DNA of 63,548 bases, filler included, from an uncultured bacterium (GTDB taxonomy: Bacteria > DYJV01), in assembly GCA_964543655.1 (NCBI GenBank). It is 4 parts of 4 records of this genome, joined end to end, with 100 filler letters (N's around TTAATTAATTAA, not from the genome) between each part and the next. Parts side by side here need not be neighbours in the genome. Positions count along the whole stretch, not along the records: positions 1 to 25,242 come from CAZIZE010000062.1; positions 25,343 to 44,702 come from CAZIZE010000065.1; 2 more parts are not named here. One strand, 5' to 3'. This document shows positions 20,386 through 30,905 of the stretch, piece by piece; the first letter of the stretch is position 1; each line of letters opens with the position of its first letter. Below the pieces are notes generated by a model, which was not told the DNA's origin, did no database searches, and saw only the letters and a list, made by a program, of their open reading frames with translations. Made by a program: the position numbers and the translations under genes.

Positions 20386-23300
20386 ATGATTTCAAAATTT
20401 TTTATAGAAAGACCACGTTTTACTCTGGTAATTGCCATAATCATTATTTTGCTCGGTTTAATTGCTATAAAGAATCTTGGTGTTCAAGAATATCCTACAC
20501 TTACACCACCTCAAGTTAGCGTTACTGCTATTTACCCTGGTGCTGATGCTGAGACAATAGCCAAAACTGTTGCTGCACCCCTTGAAGAAGCTATAAATGG
20601 AGTGGAAAATCTTATTTATATTTCTTCAACTGCATCATCAAATGGAATTTTATCAATGAATATCTATTTTAAGGTTGGCAGTGATCCTAAAATGGCCAAG
20701 GTAGATGTTAATAATAGAATTCAGACAGCAATGAATCAGTTACCTGAAATTGTTAGAAGGCTTGGAATTACTGTTAGAGAGAGAGCGCCTGACCTATTAA
20801 AAGTTTATACATTTTACTCAAAAGGGAATAAAAGGAACGATATAGCAATTTCCAATTTTGTTATTGTAAATGTTCTTGATGAAATAAAAAGGATTAAAGG
20901 TGTTGGTGATGCAAAAATTTTTGGGGAAAAGCAGTATTCCATGAGAGTATGGTTAAAGCCTGATAAACTTGCACAGTTTCATCTAACACCACTTGATATT
21001 TATAATGCAATAAATTCTCAAAATCAAGAATATGCAGCAGGTGGAATTGCTCAGGAGCCATTGCCACATAAATATACGTTCAGCTACCCTGTGAAAGGGG
21101 CAAGCAGATTGAAAACAATTAAGCAATTTGAAAATATTATTATAAGAGCAAATGCAGATGGCTCTTCTTTAAAATTAAAAGATGTTGCCAATGTTGAATT
21201 AGCTTCAGAAAATTATTTTGTTGATACTTTTGATAAAAAAAGACCTGCTGTTCCTATTGGTATTTACCTATCTCCTGGAGCTAATGCTCTTGAAGTATCA
21301 AAAGCAATTGACAAAAGGCTAAAAGAGCTTTCAAAAAATTTCCCTGATGATATAAAATATAATACACCATATGATCCTACAATTTTTATAAAAAAATCAA
21401 TAGAAGAAGTTATACATACCTTAATTATCTCTATTATCCTTGTGATTTTAGTAATATACCTTTTTCTTGGCTCAATTAGAGCTACTATTATTCCAATGCT
21501 TGCAATACCAGTGTCTTTAATTGGCACATTTGCAGGACTTTATGCACTTGGTTTTTCAATAAATCTGCTTACTCTATTTGGGATGATACTTGCCATTGGG
21601 CTTGTGGTGGATGATGCAATTGTAGTTATTGAAAATGTTGAGAGAAATATGCGTGAAAATAATCTTGCTGTAAAAGAAGCTACTATTAGAGCTATGGAAG
21701 AGATAACTTCACCAGTTATAGCCATTGTTCTTGTGCTATCAGCTGTTTTCATTCCTGCTTCTTTTATGGGAGGTTTTACAGGTAAAATGTTTCAGCAATT
21801 TGCTATAACTATTTCCATATCAATGATGCTTTCAGGTTTTGTTGCACTTACCCTTACACCTGCGCTATGTGTTGAGTTTTTAAAACAAGATGTAAAACCA
21901 ATACTTCCTATAAGATTATTTCAATCCTTTTTTAACAGAATCACTAATGTTTTCACTGGTGGTGTTAAACTTGTTATTAAAACTTCTTTTTTGAATATTA
22001 TTATTTATGCAGTTGTAATTTTTGCTATTGTTCATATTTTCAAAAAACTTCCAACAGGTCTTGTACCAAAAGAAGATAAAGGTAGCCTATTTGTTCTTAC
22101 ATATCTTTTGCCAGGTTCCTCAATGAAAGCAACAGAAGAGGTGGTTCATAAAATAGAGGATACTCTGTTAAAAAATCCCAATGTGACCAAAGAGGTTTCC
22201 CTTATTGGGCTTGATATAGCAGCTTTTTCATACAAAACCAATTCTGCTATCACATTTGTACACCTAACTGACTGGTCAAAGAGAAGAGCACCTGACCAGA
22301 GTTCCATGGCAATAGCAAGGCAATTAATGTTTCAATTTATGAAGGAGAGAGATGCACTGATATACCCATTTAATCCACCTCCAATTAGAGGAATGAGTGT
22401 AACTGGTGGTTTTGAAATGTATGTTCAAGATAGAAGTGGCTCATCTATTATTAAGTTAAATAAATATGTTAATAAAATTGTGGCTCTTGCAAGAAAGAGC
22501 AAAATTTTGAGAAAGGTTCGTTCTACATTAAATACAAATGTGCCTGAATATACACTTGAAGTTGACAGGGAAAAAGCAAAAGCACTTGGAGTTAACATTT
22601 CAGATATATACAGAACTATACAGATGACCTTTGGCAAAGGTTATGTAAATGATTTTAACCTGTTTGGTAGAGTTTATCATGTTAATTTGGAATCCAAGGA
22701 AAATTTTAGAGATAATATTGATGATTACAGATATATTTATGTTCGCTCACTATACAATAAATTAATTCCGGTTAGCTCTTTAATTAAAATAAAAAGAAGA
22801 GTAACAGCTACTGTGCTACAACGTTTCAATATGTTTAATGCTGCTAAAATAATAGGAGAACCAGCAATTGGCCACACATCTGGAGAGGCTATGGATGAAA
22901 TTTATAGAATTGCCAAAAAAGTCTTGCCTCAGGGATATACTATAGCCTGGGCAGGAACATCTTATCAGGAAAAAAAGGTAGAAAAATCTGGAAATACTGT
23001 TTATATTTTTTCAATAATATTTGTTTTTCTTATCCTTGTAGCTCTTTATGAAAGTTGGCTTGCTCCTGTTTCAATTATGCTCTCCATACCTTTTGCAGTT
23101 CTTGGTGCTTTTTTAGGAATTTATTTAATGCACCTTGAAAATGATGTATATTTACAAGTTGGAATTATTACATTAATTGGCCTATCAGCTAAGAATGCTA
23201 TTTTAATTGTAGAATTTGCAGAGGAAAGGGTAAAAAAATTTAATTTAAAGCTTTACGATGCTGTTGTTGAAGCAGCAAAGATAAGATTTAGACCAATAGT

Positions 23301-23490
23301 AATGACATCAATGGCTTTTATTGCAGGCTCTATCCCTCTTATTTTAAGTAGAGGTGCAGGTGCCAATAGCAGACATATTATTGGAAATACTGTTGTTTGG
23401 GGTATGGTTTGTGCCACTCTTATTGGTACATTTTTTATACCTCTATTTTACTATTTAATAATGAAATTTAGGAGTATATTTAAAAAGTAG
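20386..23490 (+). CDS. RND efflux permease (HAE1, AcrB/CmeB-like)
   Basis: AIGLVVDDAIVVIENVER, IGLSAKNAILIVEFA and RFRPIVMT motifs. Confidence 0.95.
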   Translation: MISKFFIERPRFTLVIAIIIILLGLIAIKNLGVQEYPTLTPPQVSVTAIYPGADAETIAKTVAAPLEEAINGVENLIYISSTASSNGILSMNIYFKVGSDPKMAKVDVNNRIQTAMNQLPEIVRRLGITVRERAPDLLKVYTFYSKGNKRNDIAISNFVIVNVLDEIKRIKGVGDAKIFGEKQYSMRVWLKPDKLAQFHLTPLDIYNAINSQNQEYAAGGIAQEPLPHKYTFSYPVKGASRLKTIKQFENIIIRANADGSSLKLKDVANVELASENYFVDTFDKKRPAVPIGIYLSPGANALEVSKAIDKRLKELSKNFPDDIKYNTPYDPTIFIKKSIEEVIHTLIISIILVILVIYLFLGSIRATIIPMLAIPVSLIGTFAGLYALGFSINLLTLFGMILAIGLVVDDAIVVIENVERNMRENNLAVKEATIRAMEEITSPVIAIVLVLSAVFIPASFMGGFTGKMFQQFAITISISMMLSGFVALTLTPALCVEFLKQDVKPILPIRLFQSFFNRITNVFTGGVKLVIKTSFLNIIIYAVVIFAIVHIFKKLPTGLVPKEDKGSLFVLTYLLPGSSMKATEEVVHKIEDTLLKNPNVTKEVSLIGLDIAAFSYKTNSAITFVHLTDWSKRRAPDQSSMAIARQLMFQFMKERDALIYPFNPPPIRGMSVTGGFEMYVQDRSGSSIIKLNKYVNKIVALARKSKILRKVRSTLNTNVPEYTLEVDREKAKALGVNISDIYRTIQMTFGKGYVNDFNLFGRVYHVNLESKENFRDNIDDYRYIYVRSLYNKLIPVSSLIKIKRRVTATVLQRFNMFNAAKIIGEPAIGHTSGEAMDEIYRIAKKVLPQGYTIAWAGTSYQEKKVEKSGNTVYIFSIIFVFLILVALYESWLAPVSIMLSIPFAVLGAFLGIYLMHLENDVYLQVGIITLIGLSAKNAILIVEFAEERVKKFNLKLYDAVVEAAKIRFRPIVMTSMAFIAGSIPLILSRGAGANSRHIIGNTVVWGMVCATLIGTFFIPLFYYLIMKFRSIFKK

Positions 23491-23502
23491 TATGGTGATT
23501 AA

Positions 23503-24870
23503 ATGAGAAAAATTTTTATAATTTTACTTCTATTTTCTTTTGTTGGTTGCTCAACTTTACAAAAATATAAAAGGCCAGCTATACCATTGCCAGATAATAT
23601 TACTTATAAAAGAGAAAAAAAAGTGTCATTAAAGTTTTGGTGGAAAAAGTTTAATGATAGAAAGCTTTCAAAATTAATAGATATAGCTTTAAAAAATAAT
23701 GATGATTTAAAACTTGCAACAGAAAGGGTAGAAGAAGCAGCTGCATATCTTGGTTTTAGTATTGCCAACAGAGCACCTTTAATTTCTGCCACAGGTTCTT
23801 TTTCAAGATTCCAGACGAGCAAAGAAGCTACATCATATAAGGCAAGTATTTCTGATAATAAGTTTATTTTATCTTCCTCAATATCTTATGAGCTTGATTT
23901 CTGGGGAAAATTAAAAAATCAAGAAAAATATAGTAGAGCAATGCTATTGTCTGAGAAGTATAATCAGCAAATAGTTAGAATCTCAGTTATAGCTGATGTT
24001 GCCATTAATTATATAAAACTTGCTGCTTGTGAGGCTCAGATAAAAATTGCTAATGAAACATTGAAGAACTATTTTGACATTTATAATTTTAGAGAGAAGC
24101 AGTATAAAAATGGTTTAATAGATGAATTAACCTTAAATCAGGCAAAATCTCTTTATGAAAGTGCAAAAATTTTAATTGAGCAAATTAAATCAGAGAAAAA
24201 GGTTTTAATTAGCACACTTTCTATATTAATTGGAGAAACACCAAAGGAGTTATTTTCAAATAATTTAAAAACAAATTTTTCATTTATAGTTAATATTGAT
24301 TTACCGCAATTTTTACCATCAAAATTATTGGAAAATCGACCAGACATTAGAAAAGCAGAAGAAATTTTAAAGGCAACCAACTTTAATGTGGCTGTTGCCA
24401 GAGCAGAATTTTTCCCTAATTTTTCTTTAACAGCTCTTTTAGGCCTTGAAAGTAGAAAACTAAGAAATCTTATTGATATTAATGCGAAAAATTGGAATAT
24501 TGGAGGAGACATTGCACAAACTTTATTTGATTTTGGACGTAGAGAATCAGATGTAAAGGTTGCATTAGCCAAGAGAAAAGAAGCTTTAATAAATTATATA
24601 AAGACTGTTAAAACTGCTTTCAAAGATGTCTATAATGCTCTTAATAAAATCAAATTTTCAGAAAATAAAATAAAAGCAGAGCAGGAAAATATAAAAACTT
24701 TAAAAACAATTTTAAAACTTGCTAAGAAAAAATATAAAATAGGAACAGTTGATTATCTTAATGTTTTAGTTGCAAATGAGGATCTACTTTCAGCAAAGCT
24801 TGAGCTTGTAAATTTTCAGGCAGAATTATTGATTAATAAAATAAACTTTTTCAAAGCCATTGGTTTTTAA
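23503..24870 (+). CDS. Outer membrane efflux lipoprotein (NodT/OprM/TolC family)
   Basis: Lipobox FVGC; WWKKF, YELDFWG and LLENRPDI motifs. Confidence 0.92.
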   Translation: MRKIFIILLLFSFVGCSTLQKYKRPAIPLPDNITYKREKKVSLKFWWKKFNDRKLSKLIDIALKNNDDLKLATERVEEAAAYLGFSIANRAPLISATGSFSRFQTSKEATSYKASISDNKFILSSSISYELDFWGKLKNQEKYSRAMLLSEKYNQQIVRISVIADVAINYIKLAACEAQIKIANETLKNYFDIYNFREKQYKNGLIDELTLNQAKSLYESAKILIEQIKSEKKVLISTLSILIGETPKELFSNNLKTNFSFIVNIDLPQFLPSKLLENRPDIRKAEEILKATNFNVAVARAEFFPNFSLTALLGLESRKLRNLIDINAKNWNIGGDIAQTLFDFGRRESDVKVALAKRKEALINYIKTVKTAFKDVYNALNKIKFSENKIKAEQENIKTLKTILKLAKKKYKIGTVDYLNVLVANEDLLSAKLELVNFQAELLINKINFFKAIGF

Positions 24871-25058
24871 TAAAAATTGCCAAAAATTTATCCCACATAA
24901 ACAATTTTACATTTTTAATTCAAGCTCTCTGCATATTTGTTCAGTTGCTTAAATACCTATATAATTATCTCAAAAAAGTTATACTGCTCCTTTAAAGTTT
25001 AAGGTGAAAAACCTTAAATTCTAAATTGTAATATCAAAATAATACCATTTTCAGAGCA

Positions 25059-25241
25059 CTATTTTTCTAAGGTTGTTTTAATTAGTTCAAACTTTCCCCA
25101 GCCAGCAATTCTTTTTTTAAAAAATAAAATACAACCTTCAATTTTTTTATTTTTTTTATATTCATTAATAACTAATTCTAAATCATCTTCTTTTTTTAAT
25201 TTATTACAAATTTTTGTTGCAAAAGCATCTGCTAATGCACC
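25059..25241 (-). CDS. C-terminal fragment of a UPF0280/ApbE-like protein, cut by the contig end
   Basis: Manual translation GALADAFATKICNKLKK...IAGWGKFELIKTTLEK*; not in the ORF track. Confidence 0.7.
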   Translation of the reverse strand, partial: GALADAFATKICNKLKKEDDLELVINEYKKNKKIEGCILFFKKRIAGWGKFELIKTTLEK

Positions 25242-25242
25242 T

Positions 25243-25342
25243 NNNNNNNNNNNNNNNNNNNNNNNNNNNNNNNNNNNNNNNNNNNNTTAATTAATTAANN
25301 NNNNNNNNNNNNNNNNNNNNNNNNNNNNNNNNNNNNNNNNNN
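25243..25342. other. Artificial contig linker
   Basis: 44 N + TTAATTAATTAA (stop in all six frames) + 44 N. Confidence 0.97.
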
Positions 25343-25344
25343 TA

Positions 25345-25573
25345 GTTTCAATTCCTCATAGGTAGGCTGAGAACAATTTAGGTTTATTCGTTTTTGAAAT
25401 AGCTTCACTGTTTCAATTCCTCATAGGTAGGCTGAGAACCCTCATTTGCATTCAAAGCAACTTCTTTACCATCTGTGTTTCAATTCCTCATAGGTAGGCT
25501 GAGAACCCATCACATCTTGGAAGTTTTCTTTTACAGTATCATTGTTTCAATTCCTCATAGGTAGGCTGAGAAC
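25345..25573 (-). CRISPR. CRISPR array, 4 identical 30-bp repeats, truncated at the contig start
   Basis: GTTTCAATTCCTCATAGGTAGGCTGAGAAC at 25345, 25410, 25477 and 25544; spacers of 35, 37 and 37 bp; minus-strand repeat ends ATTGAAAC. Confidence 0.97.
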
Positions 25574-25760
25574 ACCTCTAATTCCCACTACTTACACATT
25601 TTGCAATGATTGTCAAGTTTTTTAACTAAATAAAAATTTAAGTAATATCAATGAATATTAATTTTCTCATCTCTTATAATTCTGTCAAAGACCTATATTT
25701 TTTTCCTTACCACAGGTTGACAGAATTTTAAATAATTTTTTTATTTTTTGACAAATAATT
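25574..25760 (-). promoter_or_regulatory. CRISPR leader
   Basis: AT-rich non-coding stretch next to the last repeat; inverted repeat AATTCTGTCAA (25678-25688) / TTGACAGAATT (25717-25727). Confidence 0.7.
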
Positions 25761-25808
25761 TTTCCTTCCTATCTTAATTTTATGCGAAATAAATTAAAGG
25801 AGGATAAA

Positions 25809-26501
25809 ATGAAACCAATTGATTTAAGAGAACTTCAAGCACTTAATACTCTTGTGTTTGAAACCCTTGGTAAGCCAGAAAAAGAGAGAGAGTTTAACTT
25901 TGGTAGCTTAAAACGCTGGGGGCTTGATTTATTACAGGGGAAAAAAAATGGCGAAACTACATTTTTTACCTGCGAAACAGGGAAAAAGAAAAAAGGAGAT
26001 TCGTATTCAGAAGGGGATAATGTTTTTCAAGTTGATGAAATTTTAGAGCAATTCCCAAAAAATAAAAAACTTTTTGCCCATATTAGAATGAAAGAGGGGA
26101 TAGCTTATCTTTATGGTGAATTAAGGGAAAATGACCAAAATTTGCCAATTATTAAATTACCTGCTGCATCGATTTTATTATCTTTTTTAAAAAAACATAA
26201 ACTTATGAATGTGATTGAAGCTGTTAGGAATGTTGGAACTGCAACAGAACTTGTAAAACAGAGAGGACAGGAAGGCAAGCCTATAACCTGTAAAAATTTA
26301 CCCAATATTGCTAAAAAGTTTTTAACTGAAGCTAAAAAAATTGAGAAAGAAGCAAATTTTGGCAGAATTGCTGTTGTATTTTATGGGAAAAATAAAGATG
26401 GAAAAGATAGGTTCAGATTGTCGTGGCTGTTACCAACGATTGCATTGTTTGAAATTAATATAGCAGAGAAGATAGATAAGGCTTTAGAAATAATCCGTTA
26501 A
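25809..26501 (+). CDS. Hypothetical soluble protein
   Basis: Long ORF; ATG at 25809 follows AAGGAGG. Confidence 0.8.
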   Translation: MKPIDLRELQALNTLVFETLGKPEKEREFNFGSLKRWGLDLLQGKKNGETTFFTCETGKKKKGDSYSEGDNVFQVDEILEQFPKNKKLFAHIRMKEGIAYLYGELRENDQNLPIIKLPAASILLSFLKKHKLMNVIEAVRNVGTATELVKQRGQEGKPITCKNLPNIAKKFLTEAKKIEKEANFGRIAVVFYGKNKDGKDRFRLSWLLPTIALFEINIAEKIDKALEIIR

Positions 26502-26524
26502 TAAAAAAAGAAAAGGAGGATAAA

Positions 26525-27010
26525 ATGAAAAAACCTGTATCAATTTTTTTAATAGTAACTTTTGTTGCTTTAATTTTAGGATGGAGCATTGGCTCATTTT
26601 TTACTCAAACAACAGTTGCAAAACTTATTAAAACTATTCCTGCATCTCCAATTGTAATTGATGCTCAATATGACAAGAAAAATCATGCGATTTCTTACTC
26701 AATTTTAAATAGTGGAGGCACTTTGTTGAAAATTACTCAGGAAGCATTTGTATTTACCCCTGGGCAGAAATCAAATCAGAAAGAATACATTGTTTCAAAT
26801 ATTCCTGTAAATATTGAGTTAAAACCCGGGATAATTACAAGATTTGAAATGAAATTAAAAAGTGGTACTGAAAAATTACATTTTGGTGATGTTGTATTGG
26901 CAACTTTTACTTATATGAATCCATTATCTCCTGATTTGTATACTGTTGTTCATTCATTTAAATTGAAAAACATTTCTTCTTCAAAGAAAGATAATGGAGG
27001 TAAAAAATAA
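26525..27010 (+). CDS. Hypothetical protein with an N-terminal membrane anchor and a beta-rich domain
   Basis: SD AGGAGG; one N-terminal hydrophobic helix. Confidence 0.8.
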   Translation: MKKPVSIFLIVTFVALILGWSIGSFFTQTTVAKLIKTIPASPIVIDAQYDKKNHAISYSILNSGGTLLKITQEAFVFTPGQKSNQKEYIVSNIPVNIELKPGIITRFEMKLKSGTEKLHFGDVVLATFTYMNPLSPDLYTVVHSFKLKNISSSKKDNGGKK

Positions 27011-27546
27011 TGAAAAAAGAGAAAATTTTATGGTGGATAGTTGCTATTATTTCAGGAATTGCCCTTGGTCTTGCTTTATGGGGAATTTTTGCTTTTTCAA
27101 TATTGGTTGCTAACAATCCAGAAAGCTCAGCTTTTGTAATAGGATGTTTTGGCTTTTTTCTGTTTGCAAATAGACTGATTTTTGGTTTTACAGGTATTAC
27201 CAACACTGCAATTAAAGTTATTGAAAATAGAGAAATTGATAAAAATAAATTAGCAGAAAAATGTCATCACCATTTACAAAATTTAAATGAGTTTTCAAAT
27301 ATTTCACTTCTTTATATGTGGAAAGGAGCTTTGGAACCATTTAAATATACCTACTTTTTTGCGTTTTTCCTGATATTTGCTTTTGATATACTATTTGAAC
27401 TTCAAATTTTAACAATGACTACAATAGCTCCTGTTATAAAAGGTTTTATGTTTGGTGCTGCGATTCCAACTCTAATTGTATGGGGATTGGAGCTAATGGC
27501 AAATTTTTATTTAAATCAAACATTGCTGGTACAGGAAAATGAGTAA
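27010..27546 (+). CDS. Hypothetical membrane protein (about 4 TM)
   Basis: SD GGAGG; TAATG stop/start overlap; hydrophobic segments. Confidence 0.8.
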   Translation: MKKEKILWWIVAIISGIALGLALWGIFAFSILVANNPESSAFVIGCFGFFLFANRLIFGFTGITNTAIKVIENREIDKNKLAEKCHHHLQNLNEFSNISLLYMWKGALEPFKYTYFFAFFLIFAFDILFELQILTMTTIAPVIKGFMFGAAIPTLIVWGLELMANFYLNQTLLVQENE

Positions 27547-27557
27547 AATCATATAAC

Positions 27558-27587
27558 AAAGTCTTCCCTGAAAAAAGGGAAGGCTTT
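27558..27587. terminator. Intrinsic terminator between convergent genes
   Basis: AAAGTCTTCCCT/AGGGAAGGCTTT stem followed by a T-rich tail. Confidence 0.75.
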
Positions 27588-30500
27588 TATTTTTTTTGAG
27601 TAAAGATTCTTTTTAGCTCTTCTTCCACTGTTGTAATGGTAAAAGGCTTGAGCAATCTACCTTTAAATCCATATTTTTCATAATTTGACATAATAGGTAA
27701 CTCTGCGTAACCACTTGTAACTATGACAACTGCTTCAGGATCTATTTTTAAAATTTCGTTTATAATTTCCTCTCCTCCCATTGCTCCAGGTATGGTAAGA
27801 TCTGTAATAATTAAATCAAATTGATTTTTACTCAATATTTCCAGAGCCTCTTTGCCATTTTGGCAAGTAGTACAACTTACACCTAAAAAATGAAAGATTT
27901 CTCTTGTGGTATCAAGAATCATTTCATTATCATCAATAATCAGAACATTTTTTATATATTGACTAACAATAAATTTCTCCTTTTTTTCATCTAAGTTTTT
28001 ATCAGTATCTTTTACTTTTTCAGCAGGTAAATATATTTTAAATGTTGCACCTTTCCCCTCTTCAGATTCTACTGTAATATATCCATAGTGGCTTCTGATA
28101 ATTGAGTAAACTGTTGCAAGCCCAAGCCCACTACCACTTTCCTTTGTTGTAAAGAAAGGGTCAAAGATTTTATTGATTATTGTTTTGCTAATCCCTTTTC
28201 CTTCATCCTGAATTTTTATTTCAATATAATCTCCTTCGATTTTTTCTTTATTTATAAAGGGATTTTTAACATAACTAACAGTAATATAAATTTTGCCTGC
28301 TTTATCCATTGCTTCCTTGGCATTAATAATTAAATTAGAGATTACGTGGCCAAGCTGTCTTTTGTCAGCTGAAATATTCCAGTCTGTTTCCTGAAAATTA
28401 TACACAGGTTTTATATTGCTACCAGATAAATTAAATTCTGTAATATTTTCTATAAGCTCTTTTAAGTTAATAGATTCTTTAATAAGGTCTCCACCTTTGG
28501 AAAAGGTGAGTAATTGGTTGGTTAGGTGAATAGCATTTTCAAGAGAATATTCCATCTTATCAATTTTTTCAAGAAATTTTTTAATATCAACTGTGTTTTC
28601 CAGTAATTGAGCTTTCATTATTGATAAATTGCCAGTGATTCCAGTTAAAATATTGTTGAAATCATGGGCAATCCCACCAGCAATAACACCAAGAGATTTC
28701 AATTTTTCAGCTTTTATAATTTCTTCCTGTTGTTTTATTTTCTCTGTTACATCTCTAAAAACAAGGACAACTCCTATTATTTCATCCTTTATATTTTTTA
28801 TTGGAGCTGCACTATCTGCAATATGATATTCTTTACCATTTTTAGAAATTAAAACAGTATGATTGGCAAGACCTACTATTTTACCTGTTTTTAAAACTTT
28901 TTCCACAGGATTAGTAACACGGTCTCTTGTGTAATAGTTTACAATATTGAAAATTTCCTCAAGGGTTTTACCTCTGGCTTCTTCATTTGTCCAGCCAGTT
29001 AATTCTTCTGCTATTTTATTCATAATTTCCACTTTACCTTCTACATCTGTGGTAATTACAGCATCTCCAACTGAACGTAAAGTAACTTCAAGCTTTTCTT
29101 TCTCTCTTTCTACTTCATCGTGAAGTTTCTTTAATTCAGAAATATCTATCCAGCTAACAAAAATAACCTCTCTATCTTCGTAGGGAACTAAACATAAACT
29201 TATTAAAGATGGGAATATCTCACCATTTAACCTTTTATGAGTCCATTGAAAATACTTGGCTTTCCCTGTTGAATAAACTTCATTAATAATCTTTTTGGCT
29301 TTTTCTAATGAATTGCTCCCATCAGGTTGAAATTCTGGTGAAAGCTCAGCTGGATGAATGAATAAATCTTCTTTTTTCTCTGCTTTCAACATTTCAACAG
29401 CTGCATTGTTGCAATCAATAAATCTATCTTTATCAAGGAGTAGCATTGGAATTGTGGAATATTCAAAAATCTTTCTGAACTTCTCTTCACTTTTTTGCAA
29501 ATTATTTAAAATTTTATATTTTTCATTTAAGATTTCATTTATATACTTAGCAAATTTTTTTATTTCTTCAATTTTAATGGTGGTTAATTCTATTTCTTTG
29601 TTTTCATGAATTGAGCTTTCAAAAAGGGATGATAATTTTTTCAACTCTCTTTCAAGAAAGTCTGAAAATTTGTTTGTAATTAAAATAAAAATGACCAAGC
29701 ATATTAAAATAGACGAGATTGAAAAAATTATTTCTCGCTCAAATTTTGTTAAAAATTTATTTTTAAGCTTTTTAAGCATTGCTTCAAGATCATCAAGAAA
29801 AACACCAGAGCCAACAATCCATTGCCAGTCTTTAATTCCATATATGAATATAAGCATTTGAGACATTTTGTTAGGTGTTGTGAGTTTTTCCCATGAGCAA
29901 AGAATATAATCACCATTTTCTTTTGAAGCTGCTTTTAATTCAAGTTGAAAAATTTTTTTTACTTCAGAAATCCTTTTTGGAGCTTTATAAAGCTGCCATA
30001 ATTTTTTGCCGCCTTTAACAATTTTTCCATCTGTTATTAAAGCTGTGCCATCAAATTTATTTATAAATACATAACCTTCTTTGCCAAATCTCATTGCAGC
30101 AATTTTTTTTATTAAATCTTTTTGCAGATTGTTAATAATATCTTCAGGATATATTCCAGTTCCAATAAAAAAATTTAATGGCTTAAAACTTTTTACAAAA
30201 GATATTTTTTTGTAAAAGTTCTTTCTATCACCTGGTTTATGCCAGTTGTATGTATAGTATCCCTCTCCATTTTTCTCTGCAATATCTGCCATCTCTTTTA
30301 AAATCAGCCTTCCCTGATTATCATGTAAGTTATGAAAATTCTTTCCTTCAAAAGATGGGGCATTGGCATTTAAAAGTACCTTACCATTGAACTTTACAAT
30401 AAAAAAATATCCTTTGCCATTGTTAAACCTTAATGGCCGAATAGCCTCAACTATTAATCTTTCTATAGTTTCTTCTGGATATATATCTCTGTATTTGTTG

Positions 30501-30793
30501 TATAAATTTTCAGCTATTTTATATGCATAATAAACCTCTGTTTTTGCAAATTTTCGTGCTTTAAAAATAGTACTCTTTTTTGTAGCATTAATCATTGTAA
30601 CAGTTTGTAATACTATGTTTTTTAGCATTTCTTTTTTAGATGAAATCACCTGATTGGTTAGCTGGCGTGAAAGGTTAGAAATGTTCTCTTTGTAGATAAA
30701 AAAATTTAATGATATTAAAATAATACCTATAAGTATTATTAAGCCAGTACCTGCATACCGGACTAAATTTGATAGTTTGTATGTTTTTTGCAA
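27587..30793 (-). CDS. Hybrid sensor kinase (2 Cache, 2 PAS, HisKA, HATPase, REC)
   Basis: GYFFI/GYVFI Cache repeats, IAHDFNN, GSGLGL, C-terminal ITDLTIPG...KPF. Confidence 0.92.
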   Translation of the reverse strand: MQKTYKLSNLVRYAGTGLIILIGIILISLNFFIYKENISNLSRQLTNQVISSKKEMLKNIVLQTVTMINATKKSTIFKARKFAKTEVYYAYKIAENLYNKYRDIYPEETIERLIVEAIRPLRFNNGKGYFFIVKFNGKVLLNANAPSFEGKNFHNLHDNQGRLILKEMADIAEKNGEGYYTYNWHKPGDRKNFYKKISFVKSFKPLNFFIGTGIYPEDIINNLQKDLIKKIAAMRFGKEGYVFINKFDGTALITDGKIVKGGKKLWQLYKAPKRISEVKKIFQLELKAASKENGDYILCSWEKLTTPNKMSQMLIFIYGIKDWQWIVGSGVFLDDLEAMLKKLKNKFLTKFEREIIFSISSILICLVIFILITNKFSDFLERELKKLSSLFESSIHENKEIELTTIKIEEIKKFAKYINEILNEKYKILNNLQKSEEKFRKIFEYSTIPMLLLDKDRFIDCNNAAVEMLKAEKKEDLFIHPAELSPEFQPDGSNSLEKAKKIINEVYSTGKAKYFQWTHKRLNGEIFPSLISLCLVPYEDREVIFVSWIDISELKKLHDEVEREKEKLEVTLRSVGDAVITTDVEGKVEIMNKIAEELTGWTNEEARGKTLEEIFNIVNYYTRDRVTNPVEKVLKTGKIVGLANHTVLISKNGKEYHIADSAAPIKNIKDEIIGVVLVFRDVTEKIKQQEEIIKAEKLKSLGVIAGGIAHDFNNILTGITGNLSIMKAQLLENTVDIKKFLEKIDKMEYSLENAIHLTNQLLTFSKGGDLIKESINLKELIENITEFNLSGSNIKPVYNFQETDWNISADKRQLGHVISNLIINAKEAMDKAGKIYITVSYVKNPFINKEKIEGDYIEIKIQDEGKGISKTIINKIFDPFFTTKESGSGLGLATVYSIIRSHYGYITVESEEGKGATFKIYLPAEKVKDTDKNLDEKKEKFIVSQYIKNVLIIDDNEMILDTTREIFHFLGVSCTTCQNGKEALEILSKNQFDLIITDLTIPGAMGGEEIINEILKIDPEAVVIVTSGYAELPIMSNYEKYGFKGRLLKPFTITTVEEELKRIFTQKK

Positions 30794-30905
30794 AATTATC
30801 CTCAGTTATTATATTACAAACGACGTTTGATGCCCTATTATACAAAAGAAAATTTGTCAAGAGTTTCGTTAAAAATATTTTTATTTTTTCAAAAAAGTTT
30901 TAAAA

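Noticed and set aside
24885-24995. Possible minus-strand gene remnant (..ATEQICRELEL..) after an SD-like AAGGAG
   Set aside because: Too short and interrupted to support a call without a database search.
25243-25342. TTAATTAATTAA palindrome inside N runs (also at 44703 and 61743), and ORFs ending XXXLIN
   Set aside because: Identical 100-bp assembly linkers, not biology; neighbourhoods across them were not interpreted.
25809-27546. Calling the CRISPR-adjacent ORFs cas genes
   Set aside because: No Cas1, Cas2, RAMP, HD or CARF motifs were recognisable; kept only as an unknown operon.
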